Assembly (NCBI GenBank): GCA_963827685.1
Contig: CAWHBU010000002.1
Location: 96,001 to 160,000 of the forward strand
Origin: an uncultured delta proteobacterium
GTDB taxonomy: Bacteria > Desulfobacterota > BSN033 > UBA1163
Reading direction: 5' to 3'
Length of the DNA: 64,000 nt
Shown: piece after piece, positions 1 through 10,100 of the stretch
Layout: each line of letters opens with the position of its first letter
Position numbering within the stretch: position 1 is the stretch's first letter
Notes under the pieces: model-generated
Told to the model about the DNA's origin: nothing
Database searches by the model: none
The model's input: the letters and a program-made list of their open reading frames with translations, nothing else
Made by a program: the position numbers and the translations under genes

Positions 1-255
1 ACTTTCCATCTCACAGGATGTTCCATCAGGGAGATGGGTGACCATCAAATCAATTGTCTGAAGGACACACTTCGCGGAGAAGTGAGCATACCGAGAGATC
101 CACTGGGGTACAAACTCTGCACACTGGACTGGGACGCCAATGCGCTGCTTTCGATCGATCAAAAGGACTTTTCTTCCTCTTTGAGCGGCAGCCCGAGCAG
201 CACTCGAACCGGCAGGACCGGCTCCGATGATGACAATATCATAGGCTTCGGTCAT
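1..255 (-). CDS. Geranylgeranyl-reductase-family NAD(P)/FAD-dependent oxidoreductase, 5' part (runs off window)
   Basis: Not in ORF track. Manual translation from ATG at 255: MTEAYDIVIIGAGPAGSSAARAAAQRGRKVLLIDRKQRIGVPVQCAEFVP, with the Rossmann GAGPAG motif and the GGR-type PxxCAE motif. Overlaps the 3' end of the lipoate ligase gene. Confidence 0.85.
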   Translation of the reverse strand, partial: MTEAYDIVIIGAGPAGSSAARAAAQRGRKVLLIDRKQRIGVPVQCAEFVPQWISRYAHFSAKCVLQTIDLMVTHLPDGTSCEMES

Positions 256-1804
256 GAGAGTACTCAAGTGCCCTCTTAAGAAGAGGAAGATTGAGATGGG
301 TTTGATTCTCAAACCGCCCTTTAAGTGCCTCTCTTTCTTGTCCCAAATCGTAACAGGTACTTCTCTCTACGTTGACAAGGATTCCAGGCAGGCCAACCCT
401 TTCGAAGTCTGGCCGATGTTTCCCATAAAAAGGCTCACAGCACGAGCCGATAAATCCCCGGACACCCGAATGTTTTAGTTTGTAGAGGGTCGATTCAAGA
501 TCTTCATAGTTCTGGATGGTGACGGAATCCATCCCAAAGGATCTTGCCATCTGCGCCGCATCACCCACTGTGCATCGGCCACACTCTTCACAGCCGCTCT
601 GGTTCCGATAGAAGCATTCGAGCTCTTTTGCGCAATAGGGAAGGAGAAGGACTTCTGGCTTTCTCACCTCCTTAAACGGCTTCAAAATGGGGAAGAGGTG
701 GTGGGTCTCTTCTTCACTGAATCCCTCCGGGAGAAGGTCCATCTTTTGAAGAGCCTCCTCGACAGCCTGAATGACATGACCTTCTCTAACACCTGGAATT
801 TGAGGTTTTTTATCTGCGAAGAAAGACCCGATAATTTCCCTAATTTGAGAAGGGGAGGCTTTTGAATTTTTGAGGAGGCTTTCAAGGTCAAAAATCGCCC
901 TTTTGGGATAAGCAAAGAAATCACCAGTGATCAGAATTTGATTGATCACCTGGGTCTTACTATCCATGGCAATAGAGATTCGAATCAACCCACCCGGGGC
1001 CTTCACGATAGAGCCTAATGTTTTTCTCCTTGGCAAGGAATCCCTGATTTTGAAAATATAATCCGGTGAAGAGAAGTGAGATAGTTTCGTCATTAACAAA
1101 TTTTGTTCTTCGATTGTCAGTGGTTTATTTTCAAACCTTACCCCAAAAGTCTCCTCAAAACCCTTGGTCAAGGAAGCTTTGATTGTCTGAATCAATGGGG
1201 TTCGGCCCAATTCCCATTTTAAGCAGGTCACTCTTTCTTTGACGGATTCAATTTCTTTATCTTGGAGTTTTTCGGTGGGGATTCTGAGTGCCCTCAACAT
1301 CTCGTCAACATCGAAATCAACTAAAACAGTTCCTTGGAATAGGATTGCACCAGAAAGTTCTGTACCCCCCGTCCCTGAAATCTTACGACCCTGGATTTCT
1401 ATATCGTTTCTTGGCCGAAAATAAGCACGAATTCCAAGATGGCGTAGACCTTGCGACGCTGCTTTCCCCATCCTTCTATAAAGATCCTCAATTCTTTTGG
1501 GAATCCGAGGATCTTTTTTGGAGATATAGATCTCCCAGCCTAATTCTTTTCTTCCCCAATAGAGCGCGCCTCCACCAGTGAGTCTGCGGTTTATTTCGAT
1601 CCCCTGGGTCCGACAGTAGTCGAGCCTTACTTCCTCCTCTACAGATTGATGATGCCCGACCAGAACAGTTGGGTTTGAGAACTGAAGGAATCGGAGGGTA
1701 TGTGGAATTCTTTCCTCGGACTTTAGTCCAAGGAGGGCCTCATCAATCGCCATATTCTCAGCCGCCGAACGAGCGCCTGTGTCCAAGAGTCTCCAGGTTT
1801 CCAT
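239..1804 (-). CDS. Lipoate-protein ligase (LplA catalytic + C-terminal domain) fused to a Cys-rich DUF116-like domain
   Basis: NMAIDEALL, RRLTGGGA, NDI...GRKISG, KAPGGLIRI...ITGDFF; C-terminal LLLPYCAK-C-C-CxxC...GSCCEPF. Start moved to METWRLL (1804). Confidence 0.85.
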   Translation of the reverse strand: METWRLLDTGARSAAENMAIDEALLGLKSEERIPHTLRFLQFSNPTVLVGHHQSVEEEVRLDYCRTQGIEINRRLTGGGALYWGRKELGWEIYISKKDPRIPKRIEDLYRRMGKAASQGLRHLGIRAYFRPRNDIEIQGRKISGTGGTELSGAILFQGTVLVDFDVDEMLRALRIPTEKLQDKEIESVKERVTCLKWELGRTPLIQTIKASLTKGFEETFGVRFENKPLTIEEQNLLMTKLSHFSSPDYIFKIRDSLPRRKTLGSIVKAPGGLIRISIAMDSKTQVINQILITGDFFAYPKRAIFDLESLLKNSKASPSQIREIIGSFFADKKPQIPGVREGHVIQAVEEALQKMDLLPEGFSEEETHHLFPILKPFKEVRKPEVLLLPYCAKELECFYRNQSGCEECGRCTVGDAAQMARSFGMDSVTIQNYEDLESTLYKLKHSGVRGFIGSCCEPFYGKHRPDFERVGLPGILVNVERSTCYDLGQEREALKGRFENQTHLNLPLLKRALEYSHDRSL

Positions 1805-1948
1805 TCTGCTATTCTTATAACCAATTTCCCTTTGGCCTTCAATGATATAATATGGCTTTTTGATTCTTAAAATGCTAAATTTGAAACAATTCATTTGGAA
1901 TGGGTGTCTGTCTCTAAGTTTTGGGATACTCTGATAAGAGGAGGGGGC

Positions 1949-2413
1949 ATGAAGAAGAAAGACGATGCAAAATTCCTATCGGAAAAGGCGAAAGGTTATT
2001 TTAACCAGGGGTTTAACTGAGCAGAATCAATCTCCTTGAGTTTCAAGGATTATCTTGGGATTCAGGATTCCGTGATTCCCAAATTGGCAACCGGATTTGG
2101 TGGAGGGATTGGGCGAAAGGGGTCGCTCTGTGGAGCCTTCACTGGATCGATCATGGCCATTGGGATGAAGATGGGGAGAGTTGATCCTAAGGATCGGGAG
2201 GCGCTACAAAAAGTTTATGATAAGTGCCAAGGGTTCTGGATCCAATTTGAGAAGGAGTTTGGGAATGTAAATTGTTATTCTTTAATAGGTTATCACTTGG
2301 ATAATCCGGAGGAGAGTAAGCAATGGTTAGCCACGGGTGGCAGAGAAAAGTGCGCCGAAATCGTCGAAAAGACCGCCCGAATGCTCTGCGATTCTCTTGC
2401 CGACATTAAATGA
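1949..2413 (+). CDS. C-GCAxxG-C-C family protein, probable selenoprotein (UGA at codon 24)
   Basis: RBS GAGGAGGGG, ATG 1949, MKKKDDAKFLSEKAKGYFNQGFN-TGA(2018-2020)-AESISL continues in frame into the 2036..2413 ORF (GFGGGIG...CGAFTG...C...C). The TGA occupies the family's N-C-A-x-S cysteine. Confidence 0.85.
2029..2051 (+). promoter_or_regulatory. Candidate bacterial SECIS hairpin
   Basis: Stem TCCTTGA (2033-2039)/TCAAGGA (2043-2049) with apical loop GTT beginning 19 nt after the UGA. Confidence 0.65.
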
Positions 2414-2481
2414 AGCTATTGATTTTTTATAGAAATTAAGATAGGTTATTCCATCGTTTTTTAGGTATGAAGGGAATGAAA

Positions 2482-2510
2482 TTGCTCTGGATAGGGTGTA
2501 AAAATATAAG
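2482..2510 (+). promoter_or_regulatory. Putative sigma-70 promoter
   Basis: TTGCTC (2482-2487), 17 nt spacer, TATAAG (2505-2510). Confidence 0.45.
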
Positions 2511-2564
2511 AAGTGAATATTGTTTCGGACCTCTCCATTCATAATTTAATAAAATCGAATGGAC

Positions 2565-2596
2565 GAGAGGCCATGGGCAGTACTCATGGCCTTTTC
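2565..2596 (+). terminator. Intrinsic terminator-like hairpin upstream of trpS
   Basis: AGGCCATGGG-cagta-CTCATGGCCT followed by TTTC. Confidence 0.55.
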
Positions 2597-2674
2597 ATTG
2601 GTTAAAGGTTTGAGGTTATAGGTCGAAGGTATAAATATAGCGTGCCGGTAATAACCGGAAAGAAATGGTTTTTG

Positions 2675-2740
2675 ATTCGCCCCCCTGCTACCCTGCCTAC
2701 CTTCAGGCAGGCGCAGGCAGGCATTGAATGAGGGTGCTAC
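2675..2740. repeat. REP-like palindrome (ATTCGCCCCC-ATTGAATG-AGGGTGCTAC) interrupted by a nested CCTGCC/GGCAGG element at 2684-2721
   Basis: Removing 2684-2721 restores a sequence matching the copies at 31486-31512 and 48120-48145 (reverse). Confidence 0.75.
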
Positions 2741-2770
2741 AATGTTCAAAATATATGGAGGAGATATTTG

Positions 2771-3766
2771 ATGGATCGTATTTTCAGCGGGATTCAGCCC
2801 TCGGGTGAAATTCATATTGGGAATTATGTGGGTGCCATCCGTAATTGGGCTCAATTAGTCAATCGCTATGACTGTATCTATTGTGTCGTGGACTATCATG
2901 CCATCACGATCGAATACGAAGTGGCATTATTGCAGAACAGAATCTTGGAAACGGCGACCATCCTCGTTGCTTGCGGTTTAACCCCTGATCGATGCAAGCT
3001 TTTCGTCCAATCCCATGTGCCTGAACATACGGAACTGGCGTGGATCTTCAACTGCGTCATGCCTGTGGGTGAATTGGAAAGGATGACCCAATTTAAAGAA
3101 AAAGGAAGACAGCATCGGCACAATGTCAATGTGGGACTGCTGGACTATCCGGTGCTACAGGCTGCAGATATTCTTATCTATAAGGCTGGGTATGTGCCGG
3201 TTGGAGAGGATCAAGTACAGCACGTAGAATTTTCAAGAGAGATTGCCAGAAAGTTCAATGCCCGTTTCGGAGATACCTTCCCAGAACCGAAAGTTGTTCT
3301 TTCCGATGCCCCGCGAATTCTGGGAACGGATGGAGGTGCCAAAATGTCCAAATCGTTGAATAACTCTATCGGGCTCTTGGATCCTCCAGAAATGATCTGG
3401 GAAAAGTTAAGAACCGCTGCAACTTGTGAACATAGACAGCGCCGAAGCGATCCAGGGCATCCAGAGCACTGCAATATCTTTACCATGCACCAGGCTTTTT
3501 CAAAGCCAGATCAGATTGCCTTTGTCGATCATCATTGTCGGACAGCTGGGATCGGATGTATCGAGTGCAAAGAGATCCTTTTTAAGAATATGATAGAGGA
3601 GATCGGCCCGATCCAGAGCCGTGTCAAAGAAATCAATCAAAACCCTCAATATATGATTGATGTATTGAAGTCGGGCGCAGCCCGATGCAAGGCCATTGCT
3701 GAAGAGGTGATGGACGAAGTGAGAGAAAAAATTGGTGTCAAATCAGGGTGGATGAGTCGAAGATGA
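2771..3766 (+). CDS. trpS: Tryptophan--tRNA ligase
   Basis: SGIQPSG, HIGN, YPVLQAADIL, VPVGEDQ, KMSKS; RBS GGAGGAG. Confidence 0.97.
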   Translation: MDRIFSGIQPSGEIHIGNYVGAIRNWAQLVNRYDCIYCVVDYHAITIEYEVALLQNRILETATILVACGLTPDRCKLFVQSHVPEHTELAWIFNCVMPVGELERMTQFKEKGRQHRHNVNVGLLDYPVLQAADILIYKAGYVPVGEDQVQHVEFSREIARKFNARFGDTFPEPKVVLSDAPRILGTDGGAKMSKSLNNSIGLLDPPEMIWEKLRTAATCEHRQRRSDPGHPEHCNIFTMHQAFSKPDQIAFVDHHCRTAGIGCIECKEILFKNMIEEIGPIQSRVKEINQNPQYMIDVLKSGAARCKAIAEEVMDEVREKIGVKSGWMSRR

Positions 3767-3769
3767 AAG

Positions 3770-4987
3770 TCATTCTTTTGAATGAGGAAGCTTGACGGTA
3801 ATTTCTTTTTTCCCACCTTGCCGGATGATCGTAAAGGTGATGTCGTTTCCCCAGCCTTTTTCCGAAAGGGCATGGTGAATTTCTTTTACTTCCTTAATTT
3901 CTATTCCCTCCGCGGCAATCAACTGATCCCCAGGGAGAAGGCCAGCCTTTTCAGCCGGGCTTCTTGAAAGCACTCTTTCAATCCATAATCCTTTTTGATC
4001 TTCCTTATTTTGTTTTAGGATAACACCAATTCTTGGTTCCTTTTTCTCAGGAGGATTTGGCTTTGTGATCCAGAGGAAATCAGCCAAAGGTGAAGAAGTT
4101 CCGGTAAAAGTGAAATCTTTGTCCAATTCTTTTGTCCATGCCTTTAAAACGATCGTTTTAAAAGAAACGGGTATCCTGCGATAAAGACGGTTTGGTATCC
4201 CAAAATCGAAGACGACGTGCCCACTGCCGGCAAATACGAATACGGTCTTTCTTTCTGCCCGGGAAGATTTGAGAAATTCAGAAAGAGACTCTGCCATGCC
4301 TTCATCCCAGAGGCATTGAGCCTCATAAAAGTATTCAAAATCTTTTGCCGAGCCTTTCTCATGACCTTTGTAAATGGAGGCGATATAGGCGCGATGTTGT
4401 TGATTCGTTAAGTCCAGTTCCGGAAGCTTCTTTCTATCTTCTGGAGAGAGCTTCAAAATCCCATTCTCGGCCACCTCCTTCACCAAATCCCTTGAAACGT
4501 TAAGACCGAGAATCTTGAGGTGGCGGCTTCTTGCTTCGTCGAGAATACCCTGATAAAGCTCATAATCCATGCCCCAAGTGGTGTCCCATTGGACTTCTTT
4601 TAGAAATTCTTCTTCGGTCAGAAGTCCTTGGCTCCAACGATCCAATATGGGTTGTTGAGACTTCTCAAACATCTCCATGCCTATCACAACATCCTTCCCT
4701 TTCGTTACAAGATCTTGGATCATTCTCACTTGAATCTGATGATGTTCGATTTGGTCATGGGATTCCCCTGCAAAAATGACCCTTGCCGTATTGAGATCAT
4801 TTAAAAGCTGTGTGAAGTTGATGGGGTCTCCTTCAGGAAGTCTGAGAATCTCCTCCGTTCCAACTGGAGTTTTAGTCATGGATATTTTTGAGACCCAGGA
4901 AGGGAGAGGTGTCTTCCCTACGCAACCGGGAAAGAAAACCCCACAAACCAGAATGAGCAACATCGGTAAGAAGTGCATTTTCATCAA
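3770..4987 (-). CDS. ChaN-family (heme/iron-regulated) lipoprotein with C-terminal PDZ domain
   Basis: Lipobox-like FFPGC; GESHDQ...HHQIQ...GMEMF; AQCLWDEGMA; AGSGHV; PDZ SPAEKAGLLPGDQL. Confidence 0.85.
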   Translation of the reverse strand: MMKMHFLPMLLILVCGVFFPGCVGKTPLPSWVSKISMTKTPVGTEEILRLPEGDPINFTQLLNDLNTARVIFAGESHDQIEHHQIQVRMIQDLVTKGKDVVIGMEMFEKSQQPILDRWSQGLLTEEEFLKEVQWDTTWGMDYELYQGILDEARSRHLKILGLNVSRDLVKEVAENGILKLSPEDRKKLPELDLTNQQHRAYIASIYKGHEKGSAKDFEYFYEAQCLWDEGMAESLSEFLKSSRAERKTVFVFAGSGHVVFDFGIPNRLYRRIPVSFKTIVLKAWTKELDKDFTFTGTSSPLADFLWITKPNPPEKKEPRIGVILKQNKEDQKGLWIERVLSRSPAEKAGLLPGDQLIAAEGIEIKEVKEIHHALSEKGWGNDITFTIIRQGGKKEITVKLPHSKE

Positions 4988-5178
4988 ATGGAGTATACCA
5001 TTCCATTTTCAAGAATTGAATGGATTTATTTGCCTTCTTGTAGAGATCATAAGAAAATGTTAATATGTTAATTACTTAAGCTTAAAAGATAGCATAAGGA
5101 ATTCTTAATGTCGGATCTTGCCTATTACCCATAGGCAAGCCTGCCTACCACGAACCGGTTCAAGACACGGATTGAGAA

Positions 5179-6597
5179 ATGTTAGTAAGGGGATCTCAGA
5201 GAAAAATTCTATTTTATATTACCCTACTTCTCGTCTCCTTCTTCGTCTTTGGAAGTTTCATAAGAGGGGCTTATGCCATGACGACGGAAGAAGAGAAGAA
5301 ATTGGGGAAAAAGGTCCTCCTCGAAATTGAGAGAGAGGCCGATTTCGTGAAAGACCTAAATGTTCAGGCTTTTGTCGAAAGGGTAGGTTCTTCCTTAGTG
5401 GATCAGGTGGGTTCCACTCCTTTCGACTTCAAATTTTATGTGATCAATGAACTGGATCCAAATGCCTTTGCCGTTCCGGGCGGTTATATTTTCATTAACA
5501 CGGGGCTCATTACTTTGGCAGAGAACGAACAGGAGATCGCAGGAGTGCTCGCCCATGAAATCTCCCATGTCACGCAAAGGCATGTCGCCCAGATGATCGA
5601 GAAATCGAAAAGGCTTAGCATTGCGACCCTGGGCGCCATGCTCGCCGGGATGCTTGCGGGCAGAGGTGGGGCAGGCTCGGCAGCGGCTGTGGCGATGGCG
5701 CAGGGCACAGCAGGGGCTCTTACATTGAAATATTCCCGAGAAATCGAGCAGGATGCGGATCAACACGGCTTGAATTTATTGATCAAAGCGGGCTACGACC
5801 CCGATGGGATGATAAACTTTTTTAAGAGACTCCAGAAGGTAAGCTTGGCCATGGCACCGAAGGTCCCTGCTTACCTTCTCAACCATCCAGCCATTGAAAA
5901 CCGAATTTCTCTCTTGGAAAACATTCTCCAGATGGGACCAAAGCCTACAGGGCCTTTCAAAACCTTTGAGAATTTCAACAAGATTCGTACAATGGCCTTT
6001 GTAGAGGAGAGAGAACCTCAGGGAGCCATCACCTATTTTCAGTCTCTGGTCGATGCCGATCCTAATCAATGGGAGGGATACTATGGCTTAGGCCTTGCCT
6101 ATCGGAAGATGGGGAGATTCGATAAGTCGATGGAAGTCCTCCAACAGGCCCACTCCTTGGCCCCTAAGGATCTTGACATTTCCAGAGAACTTGGCATAGT
6201 CTATTTTCTTTCGGGGAGGGTGGATCAGGCCATTGAGAACCTCGAGACCTTACGGTCCACTCCTGGAGAAGGTCAAAACAATGATCTAATGACTCTTTAT
6301 TATCTCGGGAGGGGATATCAGGAAAAAGGAGACTTTGCGAAAGCTCTCCCACTCCTTCTGAAGGTTCAAAAGGAGAAGCCTGAATTCACTGATATCTACC
6401 TCCACCTCGGATCTGTTTACGGAAGAACAGGGCAGAAGGGACTTTCCCACTTCTGCTTTGGGAAATATTTCAAGTTAAGGCGGGAGAGAAACAATGCCCT
6501 CCTTCATTTCAGAACAGCCATTGACTTGTTGGAGAGAGGAAGTCCGGAAAGGGAAGAAGCCCAAAGGGAGATCAAGGAACTCACGTCACCCCCATAG
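5179..6597 (+). CDS. M48-family zinc metalloprotease with TPR repeats (BepA/YfgC-like)
   Basis: Signal peptide; NAFAVPGG, AGVLAHEISH (HExxH), YSREIEQDAD, NHP; C-terminal TPR repeats. Confidence 0.9.
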   Translation: MLVRGSQRKILFYITLLLVSFFVFGSFIRGAYAMTTEEEKKLGKKVLLEIEREADFVKDLNVQAFVERVGSSLVDQVGSTPFDFKFYVINELDPNAFAVPGGYIFINTGLITLAENEQEIAGVLAHEISHVTQRHVAQMIEKSKRLSIATLGAMLAGMLAGRGGAGSAAAVAMAQGTAGALTLKYSREIEQDADQHGLNLLIKAGYDPDGMINFFKRLQKVSLAMAPKVPAYLLNHPAIENRISLLENILQMGPKPTGPFKTFENFNKIRTMAFVEEREPQGAITYFQSLVDADPNQWEGYYGLGLAYRKMGRFDKSMEVLQQAHSLAPKDLDISRELGIVYFLSGRVDQAIENLETLRSTPGEGQNNDLMTLYYLGRGYQEKGDFAKALPLLLKVQKEKPEFTDIYLHLGSVYGRTGQKGLSHFCFGKYFKLRRERNNALLHFRTAIDLLERGSPEREEAQREIKELTSPP

Positions 6598-6690
6598 TGG
6601 AATTTTAAGACACGGACAAAAACAATTTTTTTAAGAGGCGAGAGAAATAACAGAGATCAAAGGCGATCATCGGGTAAAGAGAGAGGTAAG

Positions 6691-7209
6691 ATGAAGCCGG
6701 TCGAGTTTTTTTGCAAGGAAATTTTAGAGATGGGGGTGGATGGAGCAAAGGTGATTGATCCTCGTTCTGTCGTCACTGCCGAATGGGTCAGGATGAAGTG
6801 TCAATATGGATGTCCTGGATTTGGGACGAGCCTTTGTTGCCCTCCGCACACCCCACCTCCGGACATCACACGGAAGGTGATCGATTCTTATCAAAAGGCT
6901 ATTTTGCTGCATCGCAGATTACTGAAAGGAGATAAGTCGAAGCCTTTTATCGAGACCATTGTGAATGTCGAAGTTAAGATTTTTCTTGATGGCTACTACA
7001 AAGCTTGGAGCATGGGTTCGGGTCCTTGCCGTCTTTGTAAAGAGTGCGACCTGACCACTTCTTGTAAACATGGTTTTGAAGCAAGACCTTCGATGGAAGC
7101 CTGTGGCATTGATGTCTTCAAGACCGCCAGGGACAACGGATTTCCCATTGAAGTGGTAAAGACTCATGAAGAAGAAAGAAATATCTTTGGATTGATCTTA
7201 GTGGAGTGA
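6691..7209 (+). CDS. DUF2284 family Cys-rich metal-binding protein
   Basis: VRMKCQYGC...CCPPH, GPCRLCKEC...C...ARPSMEACGIDV. Confidence 0.85.
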   Translation: MKPVEFFCKEILEMGVDGAKVIDPRSVVTAEWVRMKCQYGCPGFGTSLCCPPHTPPPDITRKVIDSYQKAILLHRRLLKGDKSKPFIETIVNVEVKIFLDGYYKAWSMGSGPCRLCKECDLTTSCKHGFEARPSMEACGIDVFKTARDNGFPIEVVKTHEEERNIFGLILVE

Positions 7210-7285
7210 TCGCGCTGTTCCCCGCGATAAAATTGGATGAATGGTCCAGGGCCTTGCGGATGAGGTCCTTGGGAGAGAGGATCGG

Positions 7286-9980
7286 ATGAACGGAGAGACG
7301 AAAAAATCAAAAGAAGAAATGATGAAGCTCAATCAAGAGCTTTCGATCCTCAATGCGATCAGTCAGACCGTCAATCAATCCATCGATCTGGATGAAATCC
7401 TGAACAAGAGTGTGGATAAGATGATGGAGATGATTGATGTTCGCCAGGCCAGCATCTATCTCTTAGATGAAAAGAAAGACGAATTGGTGTTTGTCGTCCA
7501 TCGTGGGGTTTCCAAAAAGTGTTTGGAATTTATGAAACACAGAAAGTTAGGGGCTGGGATAACAGGAAAGGTTGCCCTTTCCGGTGAGCCGATGTTCGTT
7601 GAGGACTACCCCAACCATCCAGAAGCCGCTCCCATAGCCATTGAAGAAGGATTGAAATCCATGGCCGTCGTTCCTCTGAAATCGAGAGGCAAGATCTACG
7701 GGACCTTAAACATCGCCGTAAGAGAAGTTTCGAAAATCACCCCATTTGAAAGGAATCTCTTCAACTCGATCGGGCAGATCATCAGCGGGGCTTTAGAGAG
7801 AACTTTTCTCTATACGGAGAACGTCAAACGTCTGGAAGAACTGAAGACGCTCTATTCGATCAGCCAGGAGATTGCCTCGAAACTTGAATTGAAAGTGATC
7901 CTTCAGAAGATTATGGAGAGCGCTATCGAGACTCTTGGGTGCGGGTTCGGGGAGCATTGCCCTCTGGGACAATCAGAGACAAAGATATTCCATTGTCATT
8001 GTCCATGGATTGCCCGAGTCATTAATCGGAATGGAAGTTTCTCCACCCGGAGGCGGTGTGATAGGGGAAGTGATTGCCAAGAAGTCTCCCATCCTCTATA
8101 AGGATTATGAGCACCATCCTAACCGATTGAAGGAATTGGATTCCTATCATATTCAAGAAGTTTTAGGGGTACCTTTGATCGTCAGGGAGATGATTATTGG
8201 GACGATGGCGATAGGGTCTACTGATCTTGAATTCCATTTTCGACAAAAAGAGATTGATCTTCTTTACAACTTTGCCCACCAGGCGGCCATTGCTATTGGA
8301 AATGCCAAACTCTACGAGGATTCTTTGGCAAAGATCAGACAATTGACTACCCTCTACGAGATTGGGAAGACCCTCTCCTCTACCCTGGATCTTGATGATT
8401 TGTTCAAAAAGGCGTTGGAACTTTTGAAAGAACGTCTCGGCTATGCAGGCTATGGAATTCTTCTCTTGGATAGAGAAAGGGACGAACTCTATATCAAGCA
8501 AGTCGCCGGCGAGAATTTAGGGGAGGTTAAGAAATCAAGATTTAGAGTCGGGATCGATGGGATTGTGGGGTGGGTGGCCAAAACCGGCGAGCTCGTTTAT
8601 GTCCCGGATGTTTCGAAGGATTCCCGATATATTCCTATGGGACCTTGCACAAAATCGGAGGCAGCCTTTCCTCTCAAGGTGAGGAATCAATTATTCGGAG
8701 TTTTAGACATTGAGAGCGATGAAGTCAATGGGTTCGATGAAGAGGATTTGAAGACTCTCTCTTCTTTTGCGAGCCAGATGAGCATTTCCATTGAGAACGC
8801 TCAGCTCTTCTCCGATCTGAAACGGACGCTTCAAGAATTGAAGCACGCACAAGACCAGATCATCCAGGTTGAGAAATTGAGGGCCATGGGGGAAATGGCC
8901 AGCGGAGTGGCTCACGATTTCAATAACGTCTTGGCTGTTGTCCTGGGAAACATTCAGCTCCTCCTCCATCAATTGGATCACCTCAGTCCTGAAGAAATTC
9001 GTGAAGGCTTGAAGGTCATTGAGCGTTCCTCGAAGGATGGAGCGGAAACGATTCGCCGGATACAGGAATTTACGGGTGTGAGAAGAGATAGGGAGTTCAT
9101 CACCCTTTCTCTCAACGAGATCATTGCGGAAGTGGTCAACATCACTCAACCCCGTTGGAGGGATCAGACACAGAAGAAAGGGATACAGATCGAATTGGCG
9201 ACCCAACTGGGAGATATCCCCTTGGTCATGGGAAATCCTTCTGAGTTGAGGGAGGTGCTGACCAATATTATTTTTAATGCGGTGGACGCGATGCCCAGAG
9301 GAGGCGAACTGACCCTCACTACGCAACCACAAGCAGAGGATTGGGTGGAAGTGAGGATTGCTGATACAGGGATCGGAATGACCGATGAGGTGAAAAAAAG
9401 GGTTTTTGACCCATTTTTCACCTCAAAGGGGGTGACGAATTCTGGATTAGGAATGAGCGTTTCCTATGGGATTATTAAACGCCATGGGGGAGAAATCCTG
9501 ATCGAAAGTGAACCAGGAAAGGGGACAACCTTTGTCATTCATCTCCCCACGGGATATGAGGAAGAGCAAGTCGTTGTGAAAGAGGTCACCCCCGTCAAGG
9601 AGTCACGGCAAGCACGAATCTTAGTGATCGACGACGAGGACTCTGTTCGAGACATTCTTTCCAGGATTCTGAAGACCAAAGGTCATCAGGTGGTGGTTGC
9701 CTCCAACGGCGAAGAAGGAATTGAACGATTCAGGTCTGAGCTGTTCGATCTGGTTTTCACGGACCTGGGAATGCCGAGACTATCGGGATGGGAAGTGGGA
9801 AAGACGATCAAAGGGATCAATCCGAAAGTCCCCATTGCCATGATCACCGGATGGGGAGTGGAATTGGATAGGGAAAAGCTGAGTGAAAGCGGGATTGATC
9901 TCGTCGTCTCCAAACCTTTCAACTTTGATCAAGTGATCCGTTTGGTCTCTGAAGCCATGGAGTTGAAGGAAAGGATCTGA
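7286..9980 (+). CDS. Multi-GAF hybrid sensor histidine kinase (GAF x3, HisKA, HATPase, REC); one frameshift near 7931
   Basis: ORFs 7241..8101 and 7935..9980 join by removing one base (GAG ACT CTT to GAG CTC TTG). VAHDFNN, DTGIGM, FDPFFTSK, GLGMS and a C-terminal receiver (LVIDDE...TDLGMP). Confidence 0.85.
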
Positions 9981-10029
9981 TGGCCCAATAAGGTTCTTCT
10001 GGCTTTCGTGTGAGTGGCATCCCCCCTTG

Positions 10030-10078
10030 TAACCCCCCTTCATCCCCCCTTAAGTTAAGGGGGGATGAAGGGGGGTTA
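10030..10078. repeat. Perfect 24-bp inverted repeat (C6/G6-rich palindrome) between convergent genes
   Basis: TAACCCCCCTTCATCCCCCCTTAA-G-TTAAGGGGGGATGAAGGGGGGTTA. Confidence 0.9.
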
Positions 10079-10100
10079 AGGGAGGGAACCCTTTGTATCG

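Noticed and set aside
2036-2413. ORF-track start at 2036 for the C-GCAxxG-C-C protein
   Set aside because: It lacks the family's N-terminal motif and an RBS; the upstream ATG 1949 with an in-frame UGA explains the gene better.
2414-2770. T-box riboswitch upstream of trpS
   Set aside because: No T-box consensus (GGTGGnACCGCG) or stem I motifs were found.
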